Source of the DNA: Promethearchaeota archaeon
GTDB lineage: Archaea > Asgardarchaeota > Lokiarchaeia > Sigyniarchaeales > SOKP01
Assembly (NCBI GenBank): GCA_018238625.1
Contig: JABCSY010000039.1
Coordinates: forward strand, 1-34,738
DNA length: 34,738 nt
Direction of reading: 5' to 3'
Shown here: positions 1 to 8,643 of the stretch, piece by piece
Layout of the letters: each line of letters begins with the position of its first letter
Numbering within the stretch: the stretch's first letter is position 1
Notes under the pieces: model-generated
Databases searched by the model: none
What the model saw: only the letters and a program-made list of their open reading frames with translations
What the model was told of the DNA's origin: nothing
Program-made: the position numbers and the translations under genes

Positions 1-351
1 CAAAAAAGCACCAGCTAGTGTTAAAAGCCCTATATACACCTCGGTATAGCCTCCAAGTATAATCCCAAAAAAGATTATGAAATCTCCAATTCGGTCTAAC
101 GTAGAATCTAAAAACGCACCTAGCATTGTTGGTCCTTGAAGTCGGGCAATTACCCCATCTAACTGATCAAAGAATTCGACAAGAAATAAACAAATTATAA
201 TGAAAATTAAATTTTGGAAGAGAAATCCAAAAAAAGTTAATAACGAAAAGAAAAGACCCAATATAGTTATTACATTTGCCGGTATTTTAGTTAGCTTTTT
301 ACCGAGAGGTAGCAAAAGTTTTTCTGAGAATTTCTTAACGCGTAATAACAT
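1..351 (-). CDS. CDP-alcohol phosphatidyltransferase (PgsA/archaetidylinositol-phosphate synthase-like), 3' end runs off the window
   Basis: Not in the ORF track. Manual translation gives MLLRVKKFSEKLLLPLGKKLTKIPANVITILG...FDQLDGVIARLQGPTMLGAFLDSTLDRIGD, matching the DxxDGxxAR...GxxxDxxxD signature. SD-like AGGTG at 361-365 (minus strand). Confidence 0.93.
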   Translation of the reverse strand, partial: MLLRVKKFSEKLLLPLGKKLTKIPANVITILGLFFSLLTFFGFLFQNLIFIIICLFLVEFFDQLDGVIARLQGPTMLGAFLDSTLDRIGDFIIFFGIILGGYTEVYIGLLTLAGAFL

Positions 352-418
352 CTCGTTTTACACCTATGTAATTAAAGAGTTGTATTATTTTTTAAATAAA
401 AGATTTATGGTAATTTAT

Positions 419-452
419 AATTAATTAGTCCTTAAAATCATGAATAAAAAAA
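419..452 (+). repeat. 34-bp direct repeat, copy 1 (AATTAATTAGTCCTTAAAATCATGAATAAAAAAA)
   Basis: Identical to 1569-1602; the two copies bracket the 543-1526 gene. Confidence 0.95.
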
Positions 453-542
453 ATAATGAAAAATAAATTCATGAAGAAATATGAAAAAAATTCTGATGAA
501 AAACTTTTTTTGATATGATCTGATTTTATCAATAAGATCGAA

Positions 543-1526
543 ATGAAAATTCTTATTATAGGGGGTTCAGGGTTTTTAGGAAGTCGCATTTTACATTATC
601 TCTCTTTAAGAATCCATGAAATTACCGTCGTCACAAGGGGTATTCATAAAATAGACGCAAAAGAAACTTACAAGTATATCCAAATTGATCGAAAAAAACG
701 CACTAAATTTAAATCTTCACTAATGAAATATGAATTTGATTGGGTAATTGATGTTTGTGCAATGGAACATCAAGATACTAAAGAAATTATCGAGATATTC
801 AAAAATCGGATATCTCACTTTCTTCATATAAGCACTGATGCAGTATATGACTACGCACATTTGGATGATTATTCAACTTTTCCTATTTTTGAATCAGATA
901 AACAAGGGGATCTCACAGATAATCACGATTATCGACGAGAAAAGCGAAAATGTGAACAACTATTGATGCAAGCATATGAAAAAAGTAAATTTCCAGTTAC
1001 AATTATTAGACCAACATATATTTATGGTCCAAATAATTATAAATATCGAGAAAAATACTTTTTTGATAGAATTTCCGCTAAAAAAAACCTTTTTATTCCA
1101 TATCCAGGGAATGCTTATGTAGGTTTAGTCCATGTCGATGATGTTGCATCATTATGTGTCGCATGTCTTCATAATCCAAAATCTATTGGTGAAATTTATA
1201 ATGCTTCTGGAGGTGAATTAATTTCTGGAGAATTATTAGCAAAATTAGTGGGAAATATCATTGGGATTGAGCCTAATATTGTGTATTATAAAGATGACGA
1301 TTTGAAAAAATCCAGATGGCCAGAAAATAAACGTCTTTACCCATTTATAAGTAAAGGTATTAAATGCATTTCTAATCAGAAAGCAATTCACCAGCTTGGT
1401 TGGATACCTCGGATTCGTTTGAGAGAAGGGATAAATCAATGCTATAAAACATATATGGAGAAAGGATTTGAAGAAATTAATTGGAAAGATGAAGAACAAT
1501 TATTCAATATTATTTCAAATAACTAA
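543..1526 (+). CDS. NAD-dependent epimerase/dehydratase (extended/atypical SDR)
   Basis: N-terminal GGSGFLG Rossmann motif, ISTDAVY, YRREK (YxxxK), RPTYIYGP, VHVDDVA, GEIYNA. Confidence 0.93.
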   Translation: MKILIIGGSGFLGSRILHYLSLRIHEITVVTRGIHKIDAKETYKYIQIDRKKRTKFKSSLMKYEFDWVIDVCAMEHQDTKEIIEIFKNRISHFLHISTDAVYDYAHLDDYSTFPIFESDKQGDLTDNHDYRREKRKCEQLLMQAYEKSKFPVTIIRPTYIYGPNNYKYREKYFFDRISAKKNLFIPYPGNAYVGLVHVDDVASLCVACLHNPKSIGEIYNASGGELISGELLAKLVGNIIGIEPNIVYYKDDDLKKSRWPENKRLYPFISKGIKCISNQKAIHQLGWIPRIRLREGINQCYKTYMEKGFEEINWKDEEQLFNIISNN

Positions 1527-1568
1527 AAAATCCTACAAAACAAAAATGAAATCCAATTATAGGATGTG

Positions 1569-1602
1569 AATTAATTAGTCCTTAAAATCATGAATAAAAA
1601 AA
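1569..1602 (+). repeat. 34-bp direct repeat, copy 2
   Basis: Identical to 419-452, 1150 bp downstream. Confidence 0.95.
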
Positions 1603-1655
1603 TAAAGAAAAAAAATAAAAAATTAAATACTCATAAAGAAAAAAAAGATAATTAT

Positions 1656-3971
1656 TTAGAATTTAGAACTAATCCTCTTTTTAGGTAAAATCACCAAAGT
1701 AATTGCAATTCCAATTAAGGCAACTAGCTGAACGGTTAAAGTGTTCACAGTAATTAATGAGGGAATGGAAAGTATTTGCGAATATACAATTTTTCCAGGA
1801 GAAATTACTTGGATTGTATCTTTACCTCTGAATGTTTTCTCATCTTCTAGTATTCCTGTGATAATAATAGTTACTTCTTCTCCTACTTGCAGTTTTTCTT
1901 GAACATCAAATAGATCAAATTTAACCATAAGGTCAGGAATCCCATCCAAATCATAATCACCTATTTCGTTTGGCGTTAGTTTGGCGTTAATTTGATCATT
2001 TAAAAGGATGCTACTGATATCAATCTCGCTTATATCATATCCATGTCCAATTGGTAATTCGATATAAACTGTAACCCACTCTCCTGAACTTTGCAGATTT
2101 AAAGTATCTGGATCAAAATCTACTGTTGCTGGAATAATTGGAATTATTTCTGTTTCTGTCGAACTAATAATATAGGGTTGATTTGGAATTTCATCAATCT
2201 GAACATTATCGGCGAGAATTTTAGTTATCCCATCAGCAGAAACTTCAAGAGTGTAAGTATCTGTAGGGTGAGTTCCAAACTCTGGTATTACTGTTATTAA
2301 ATATTCACCAATCTTTTTCTCTGGAATAAGAATTATATCTTCAAAAGATCCGTCTCGATCAATGTCACTTTCAATATAATAAGATTCTGGAATTTCAGCT
2401 ATTTCTTTACTCCTACATAGGTTATTCGGATCGATAACAACTAAATCTACGGGAGAGTAGCTTATTATGCTTATTCCTTCTCCCCCATCTAGATATTCTT
2501 CTCGATGACCATGTATATCCATTGTATCTGCATCTAAGTATATGTCATCAGGAGAAACTGAATTATCTGCAAAAAACACACCCTCAACATCATCAATGTC
2601 TATATCTATATATTGATTAAAATACGCAGCCCACACTAACTCTGAGCAATACCAATTTGGTTCAGAAGGATCATATGATTTACCTACAATGTTTAGCGTA
2701 TAACTTGGTTTATTTTCTCCTTCTCTTTTTGCTTGTTGAAAAGCCCATTGAGCTGCTGCAATTCTTTGTTCCGATGAAGCCGATACAACGCGAAGCAGTG
2801 AAACATATTTTTCATTTGGAAAATCCCAATCAGATATATCATAATCGCTAATACCTCCATCCACTTCCCTTCGAGCTTCTACTACTAAACCATTTCCAAC
2901 ATATATCCCCGCGTGTGTCCAAAAAAGTCCTGCGATACTAAGCCAACCCTTGCTTCTACTTAATAGTATATCACCTGGCAGAATATCTCTTCTCCATATA
3001 GGATCTAGACATTCATTATCAATTATGGCATTTCCTATACAATCACTGGATTCTGAAATACATAGATAATTGTGTAAGAGATTATTAGAACAAATTAAAT
3101 TATAATTTGACCTGTCAAGACCAATACCAGCTGGACTATAATGAACTTCATTTTCTGAAACTTCATTAGCATCACTTAAACATAATTGTATCCCTGAGTG
3201 TTTATTTTCTTCTAAATAATTACCTGAAATTGTGCTATCACGACATCTCTCTAAATACATTCCATTCCAACCATTATTATTTACATAATTACCAGATACA
3301 ATGTTATTATCTGTCGTTCCTAGATTAGATTCAATAAGTATTCCGACTTGAGTATTATCATCAACAATATTTCCCGTAATAGTGCTGCGATCACATTCCA
3401 TAATAAACATCCCCCATCCATAATTATTATTTACAATATTATCAGAGATAATATTATCAACATCGAAATTCATAGATATTCCAGCCGCCACATTTTCATT
3501 CATAGTATTCCCTATAACTTTATTATTTTCTCCATAATTAACGACAATACCATTTTTGCTGTTGTAAGAACAGTCATTATCAATTAACTGCCCATTTTCT
3601 GTTCTTTGTAACCATATTGCTGTTTCTTTATTATATATAATACAATTTTCAATGATGAAGTAGGCATCAGAATTTTCAATTAAAATGCCGTATCCACTCC
3701 CATCACCAATAATAATTAAATCTCGAATCACATAGGGATCTAGAAGAATACCAGACCCATCGCATCGCCCTTCTAATCTAAAATCTATCCATTCTAGATT
3801 ACCGTTTATATGAATTTCAGCCGGTTCTTGACTAGATTTAAGTTTTGAGTTTGGTAAGGCTTCGTTTGAATTTACATTAACATTTAATGGAGATATCATT
3901 AAAAAAACAGAACCAAATAGTAAAACTAGCAGAAAACCATTTAATATTCTATTTTGAATTTTAAACTTCAT
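1656..3971 (-). CDS. Membrane-anchored surface protein: NosD/CASH beta-helix + permuted papain-like NlpC/P60 (YaeF/YiiX, C92) domain + acidic C-terminal domains
   Basis: N-terminal hydrophobic signal/TM segment; repeated 'N.I.GN....N...GI' beta-helix units; PGDILL...HAGIYVGNGLVVEA...WYCSELVWAAY (His before Cys); DxDxDG motifs (DIDRDG, DYDLDG); C-terminal TM followed by KKR. Confidence 0.88.
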   Translation of the reverse strand: MKFKIQNRILNGFLLVLLFGSVFLMISPLNVNVNSNEALPNSKLKSSQEPAEIHINGNLEWIDFRLEGRCDGSGILLDPYVIRDLIIIGDGSGYGILIENSDAYFIIENCIIYNKETAIWLQRTENGQLIDNDCSYNSKNGIVVNYGENNKVIGNTMNENVAAGISMNFDVDNIISDNIVNNNYGWGMFIMECDRSTITGNIVDDNTQVGILIESNLGTTDNNIVSGNYVNNNGWNGMYLERCRDSTISGNYLEENKHSGIQLCLSDANEVSENEVHYSPAGIGLDRSNYNLICSNNLLHNYLCISESSDCIGNAIIDNECLDPIWRRDILPGDILLSRSKGWLSIAGLFWTHAGIYVGNGLVVEARREVDGGISDYDISDWDFPNEKYVSLLRVVSASSEQRIAAAQWAFQQAKREGENKPSYTLNIVGKSYDPSEPNWYCSELVWAAYFNQYIDIDIDDVEGVFFADNSVSPDDIYLDADTMDIHGHREEYLDGGEGISIISYSPVDLVVIDPNNLCRSKEIAEIPESYYIESDIDRDGSFEDIILIPEKKIGEYLITVIPEFGTHPTDTYTLEVSADGITKILADNVQIDEIPNQPYIISSTETEIIPIIPATVDFDPDTLNLQSSGEWVTVYIELPIGHGYDISEIDISSILLNDQINAKLTPNEIGDYDLDGIPDLMVKFDLFDVQEKLQVGEEVTIIITGILEDEKTFRGKDTIQVISPGKIVYSQILSIPSLITVNTLTVQLVALIGIAITLVILPKKRISSKF

Positions 3972-4058
3972 TTAATCACTTTTTTTAGATTTTCAATCAT
4001 TTTTTGGTAAATTAATAAATCTTAGGATATTTTTGTTAATAAACTTTTAGGTAGTAAT

Positions 4059-4076
4059 AAACCCAGTGATGGGTTT
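4059..4076. promoter_or_regulatory. Palindrome AAACCCA-GTGA-TGGGTTT, candidate operator in a divergent intergenic region
   Basis: Perfect 7-bp arms with a 4-bp spacer, GC-containing in a very AT-rich spacer, about 90 bp upstream of the surface-protein start. Confidence 0.5.
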
Positions 4077-4373
4077 TAAATTTCTTATATAAATAGAGGT
4101 TTTAGTAGTATTTAATCTGAAAAAATAATTTTGAGTATTATTTTAAAAATTCTATTTTTTATTTATGTTTTTAAAGAAAATTAGCATAAGTTTTGAAAGT
4201 TATATGCTCAATTTGAAGGTAGTTTTATTTAAATGTTTGTGTTTTAAATAAACATTTCTAGATACAATTATATATTTATATTTTATAAAATAAGTTATTA
4301 TCATTTATTTTATACTACTCTAAACTATTCAAAATCACTCAAATATTTAAACATAAAAATAAATTTTTATAAT

Positions 4374-6926
4374 ATGCCAAGAAAGAATACAAAGAAAAAA
4401 AATTCATTTTGCAGTAAAAACCCAACTTTTCATAGACATGATAATAGTATGTGTTCTAATGAAGAAATTTATATACCCCCTAATGATGAATTTTTCGAAG
4501 CTGATTTAGCTAATAAAATATCTAATATTGAAATCAATTCTAAGAATTCATTTCCTATAAAGATTTCCAGCACTTTAGATTCTCCTCAATCGTCTTTAGA
4601 TAAATATCTGCTACCAGAAGCTCAAAAATGTCTTCTACTTATTGTTGATCATGTAATTTCTTGTTATATGCAACGAGTTAATGAAAATAGAAAATTATTA
4701 CCTAAATATGATCCTAATTTACCTATATCAAAATTTATAGTAGATTTATCCAGTCTAGATCCAACATTAATTAATAACATTGTTAACAAAAAGGGAAAAA
4801 GCAAATATCAATGGTGGGGGTTTATTTACGAATGGGTAGATATGTGGACAAATGTCACTATGACTGGTAAAACTACTCGACCTATTCCAATTCGGAAATG
4901 GGAATATATATGGAGGGCTATTTATATACCCCCTAACATAACATCTTTAAAACAAAAATATAAAAATCATTTTTATAGAGATATTAATCATAAAATACAT
5001 TATGATAGTTTAAATATCAACCCAGAAATTAGAAACGATATTACAGAAGAAATTATTAAACAGATAAAGATTAACGGTTTAATTTTTCATCATTTAAGAA
5101 AAACCAATTTAATACCTCAAAACATTACTGGACTAAGAGATATTAGTCCTTATGATTATTCGTTAATTGAAACAGCTATAAATAATAGATTTCATTTTCG
5201 AATTTTAGAGCTAACATTTAGCAACAATTCTCTATCTGCTTGTGAAATTAGACGAGTTCATCACCAACAAGGATTAGGAATTGCGCTTAATAGAGATGAT
5301 AAATCATCGGGATCTAACTCTATCCATAATGCTATTATTTTAGATATTTTGAGGTGTGTAGCTAGCGGTTTAAAAACAAAACAAATTCATAAAGAATTAT
5401 TAAAAAAAGGCTATAACCTTGATGAAAGTACCATCAGTACCACATTAGAGGATGTTTTTGGAGGTATGCGGAAAGCTCAAGACAATCTTTTAAACTCCGT
5501 TTTAGATTTATTTTTTGAAAAATATGAACAACATTTAATTACAATTTACGATTTTTTTGAACGCGGTTTTAGCTCAGATATTATTGCTAGTTTGTCAGGT
5601 TTAGATAAAATTTTTGGAGACTCCGCCGAGATCGTCAGACGGGTTATTAAAAAAAAATATTCCCCACATTATAATAATTGTAAATCCTATACACAATTGC
5701 GTGCTATGGTATTTAAAGATTTATTTACGAAAGAAATAAAATTAGGTAAAAAAAATTATTCAGATCTTTTAGAAAAATTCGATGGATTTTTTGATCCTTC
5801 AGATCGGAATAAAACAAGAAGAATTTCTGATTATTTTATTACCGTTTTTGATGGAAAACTTCTTTCCGAAATTTTATTAGATTTGGGAAGAGAAAACTTT
5901 TCAGAAAATGAGGTCGTGCGTTTAAATCGACAAATTATAAATAAGGAAAAAGTCAAAAATCCAAATATATATCAAGATTTTATTAATAAGGTAGATCAAA
6001 AAGAGTTACTCCTAAAGGCACTCAAATTATTAAAAATAAAGATTTGGGACGAAGGCATCACCAACTATTCTAGTAATCAATTATGCTTAGATCTGAATTT
6101 TGGCAATATATTTCTTTTAACAACAAAAAATATTAAAAGCTCACCTAAAAAATTAATTAAAGAATTTATGGGTAAATCTTTTCATGAATTAATAGTCCAA
6201 GCATTAAATTTAAGAGATAAAGCTATTCATTTAGTTTATGATCACATTGATAAAATTGCTACGACAAGTGGCGTTTTTGGTTATAATTGTATAAATATTC
6301 TTACAGATTTAGGATTTGATCGGTTCTATACAAATAATACTTTAAAGACTAAACATAAACAAATAATTAATAAATTTTTGGGATTTTCGTCGTTTCAAGG
6401 AATAATTGATGTTGTCATTGAAGATCCCTTATATGAAGTATTCGATTTTACTGATATTAGTTCAGATTTTTATGTTAAAAATGTTCAAGAAATTTACGCT
6501 GAATCGTTAAAATTAGTAAGACATAATATTATAGAAAAAACGACACGGTATAATTCGTTTTTGTTATGTAAAGATCTTGCTTCAAAAGGTAAATTACATG
6601 GTTTTTCTAATAGGACTGTTAAATCTGATGCCGATTATATAATTCAGACTCTTTTTAAAATGTCTTTTGATCAGTTTAGAATAAAAGCATTGAATTTTCG
6701 AGAAAAAGCTTTAATATTAATTCATAAACATATAAATGAAATTGGAACTATTTTACCATCGGGACAACGGAGAGGAGCAACCTATAAAAAAAGTGATCTT
6801 TTACTGGATTTAGGATTTGATGAATTTCTTAGTAAAAAAAACATTATTTCTGAATCAAATCCAAAATTCGAGAGATATATAGGACTTACATTTGACGAAT
6901 TAGTAGAAATTGTTAAAAATAATTAA
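4374..6926 (+). CDS. Large hypothetical protein with a divergent GIY-YIG-like nuclease domain, HTH-like segments and four C-terminal ~68-aa repeats
   Basis: 850-aa ORF. GFIYEWVDMWTNVTMTGKTTRPIPIR and FHFRILE...ACEIRR...GIALN resemble GIY-YIG motifs; internal repeats are visible at aa ~548-850. The CDS is solid, the function tentative. Confidence 0.6.
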   Translation: MPRKNTKKKNSFCSKNPTFHRHDNSMCSNEEIYIPPNDEFFEADLANKISNIEINSKNSFPIKISSTLDSPQSSLDKYLLPEAQKCLLLIVDHVISCYMQRVNENRKLLPKYDPNLPISKFIVDLSSLDPTLINNIVNKKGKSKYQWWGFIYEWVDMWTNVTMTGKTTRPIPIRKWEYIWRAIYIPPNITSLKQKYKNHFYRDINHKIHYDSLNINPEIRNDITEEIIKQIKINGLIFHHLRKTNLIPQNITGLRDISPYDYSLIETAINNRFHFRILELTFSNNSLSACEIRRVHHQQGLGIALNRDDKSSGSNSIHNAIILDILRCVASGLKTKQIHKELLKKGYNLDESTISTTLEDVFGGMRKAQDNLLNSVLDLFFEKYEQHLITIYDFFERGFSSDIIASLSGLDKIFGDSAEIVRRVIKKKYSPHYNNCKSYTQLRAMVFKDLFTKEIKLGKKNYSDLLEKFDGFFDPSDRNKTRRISDYFITVFDGKLLSEILLDLGRENFSENEVVRLNRQIINKEKVKNPNIYQDFINKVDQKELLLKALKLLKIKIWDEGITNYSSNQLCLDLNFGNIFLLTTKNIKSSPKKLIKEFMGKSFHELIVQALNLRDKAIHLVYDHIDKIATTSGVFGYNCINILTDLGFDRFYTNNTLKTKHKQIINKFLGFSSFQGIIDVVIEDPLYEVFDFTDISSDFYVKNVQEIYAESLKLVRHNIIEKTTRYNSFLLCKDLASKGKLHGFSNRTVKSDADYIIQTLFKMSFDQFRIKALNFREKALILIHKHINEIGTILPSGQRRGATYKKSDLLLDLGFDEFLSKKNIISESNPKFERYIGLTFDELVEIVKNN

Positions 6927-6943
6927 AAATTAAAGATTAAAAA

Positions 6944-8437
6944 TTAGAATCCATAAATTGGATAAAACTTCTTTTCTATGTATTCTATGAAATAGTTTGG
7001 ATTTAAATCTTCCCCTGTAATTTTCTTAATTAAATCGTTTGCTTGATAAATTTTACCATATTGGTGTACATTTTCTCGTAAGTAAGTTAATAAGTTTGAA
7101 AAATTACCTTTTTCGTATTCCTCTGGTAAAGTTGGATTCTTTTTAAGGGCGTCCTTATAAATCTGTGCTCCGTAAAGATTACCAAGATAGTAAGTGGGAA
7201 AGTACCCCACATAACCACTGGACCAATGTACATCTTGTAAGACGCCGTCTGCATCGCTTGGTGGAGTGATTCCCAATAGTTCTTCCATTTTTTCGTTCCA
7301 TAACTCTGGTAGCTCACTAACCTGTACTTTACCTTCTATAATGTCTTTTTCCATTTCAAATCTGAGAATAACGTGCATACCATAAGTAACTTCATCAGCG
7401 TCGACACGAATCAACGAAGGTTGTACTGTATTTATACTACGATAAAAGTCTTCCATAGATTTCCTCTTTAAATTTTTTGGAAACCTTTTTTCTAATTTTG
7501 GATACCAGAATTTCCAAAACTCTTTACTGCGTCCAACCATGTTTTCCCACATGCGAGATTGAGATTCGTGGATACCCATCGAACATCCGTCTGCTATAAT
7601 TGTGTCGTGAATTTTTTCCATAAATCCCATTTGATAAAGACCGTGCCCACATTCGTGAATAGTCCCAAAAAGGCATGTTGAGAAGAAATCTTCATTTATT
7701 CGAGTAGTAATTCGCGTATCTGTCGACGATAAAGACGTTGTAAACGGATGAGCCGATTTGTCTTGACGACCATGTTCGAGATCAAAATTCAGTTTTTTTA
7801 TAACTTCAATACTAAATTTCCACTGCTCATCTTTGTTCCATTTTTGAGTGAGAATAGAAAAATCAGGTTTATCGTTTGAAGAATCCAATTTTTTAATAAT
7901 TTTAATGAGTTTCGGTCTTGATTCATTAAAGATGTTCGCAATCCAATCGTTTGTAGCACCTGGTTCGTAGAGATCAATTAGAGTAGAGTATGGATCGGGG
8001 TGCGTTTCTAATTTATTAGCGACTTCAATTTGTAGACCAATCATCTTTTCTAAAAGCGGTTGAAAAATTGAAAAGTCGTCCTTTTTCCTCGCTTCCATCC
8101 ATTTGCCATGTCCAAGAGAAGCGGTTTTTGAGATCTCTTCCACTAATTCGGTCGGTAATTTAACTTTCAGTTCATATTCTCTTTTAGCTTCGCGTAAAGT
8201 GGCAGCATCAATTAAATTTAAATCAGTTTGTTTTTCAGCTTTCTTTATTAGCTTTCCTATTTTATCTGAAACTAATTTTTCATGCACAATTTTACTCATT
8301 AGTGCCCTTTGCGCACCTCTCCCCTCAAACGCTCCGTGAGGTAGGTTGACTTGCTCATCCCACCCTAGTAAAGCACGGATATAATTAAGACGAGTTATTT
8401 CGGTAAATTCTTGTTTAAGTTCTTCTATAGGATTCAT
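6944..8437 (-). CDS. Carboxypeptidase, M32 (Taq/PfuCP) family
   Basis: HPF, DTRITTR, HECGH (HExxH), HESQSR, IRVDADE, GVLQDVHW, GYFPTYYLG. Confidence 0.97.
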   Translation of the reverse strand: MNPIEELKQEFTEITRLNYIRALLGWDEQVNLPHGAFEGRGAQRALMSKIVHEKLVSDKIGKLIKKAEKQTDLNLIDAATLREAKREYELKVKLPTELVEEISKTASLGHGKWMEARKKDDFSIFQPLLEKMIGLQIEVANKLETHPDPYSTLIDLYEPGATNDWIANIFNESRPKLIKIIKKLDSSNDKPDFSILTQKWNKDEQWKFSIEVIKKLNFDLEHGRQDKSAHPFTTSLSSTDTRITTRINEDFFSTCLFGTIHECGHGLYQMGFMEKIHDTIIADGCSMGIHESQSRMWENMVGRSKEFWKFWYPKLEKRFPKNLKRKSMEDFYRSINTVQPSLIRVDADEVTYGMHVILRFEMEKDIIEGKVQVSELPELWNEKMEELLGITPPSDADGVLQDVHWSSGYVGYFPTYYLGNLYGAQIYKDALKKNPTLPEEYEKGNFSNLLTYLRENVHQYGKIYQANDLIKKITGEDLNPNYFIEYIEKKFYPIYGF

Positions 8438-8643
8438 TTTAAATAAGTTAGTTCTATATAATTTTTAATTTGAAATATATGACTTATATCAATGTATTCA
8501 ATGTATCCAAAAAATATTTCTGTTTTACAAAAAAAAAAAAATTAAGAGTTCAGAATCTGTATTAATTAAAGTTTTTAAATTAAGTGATAAATTATTTATT
8601 AATCTCTTTCAATTATCATCATTAAAATTAGCGTGAAAAATCA

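Noticed and set aside
200-424. 74-aa plus-strand ORF from the track
   Set aside because: Antisense shadow of the CDP-alcohol phosphatidyltransferase at 1-351 (minus), which carries a clear family signature.
419-1602. CRISPR interpretation of the 34-bp repeats
   Set aside because: Only two copies, 1150 bp apart, with a whole gene between them and no cas genes.
8490-8541. Tandem CAATGTAT(T/C) pair and an A13 run
   Set aside because: Short, low-complexity sequence in an AT-rich spacer with no independent support.
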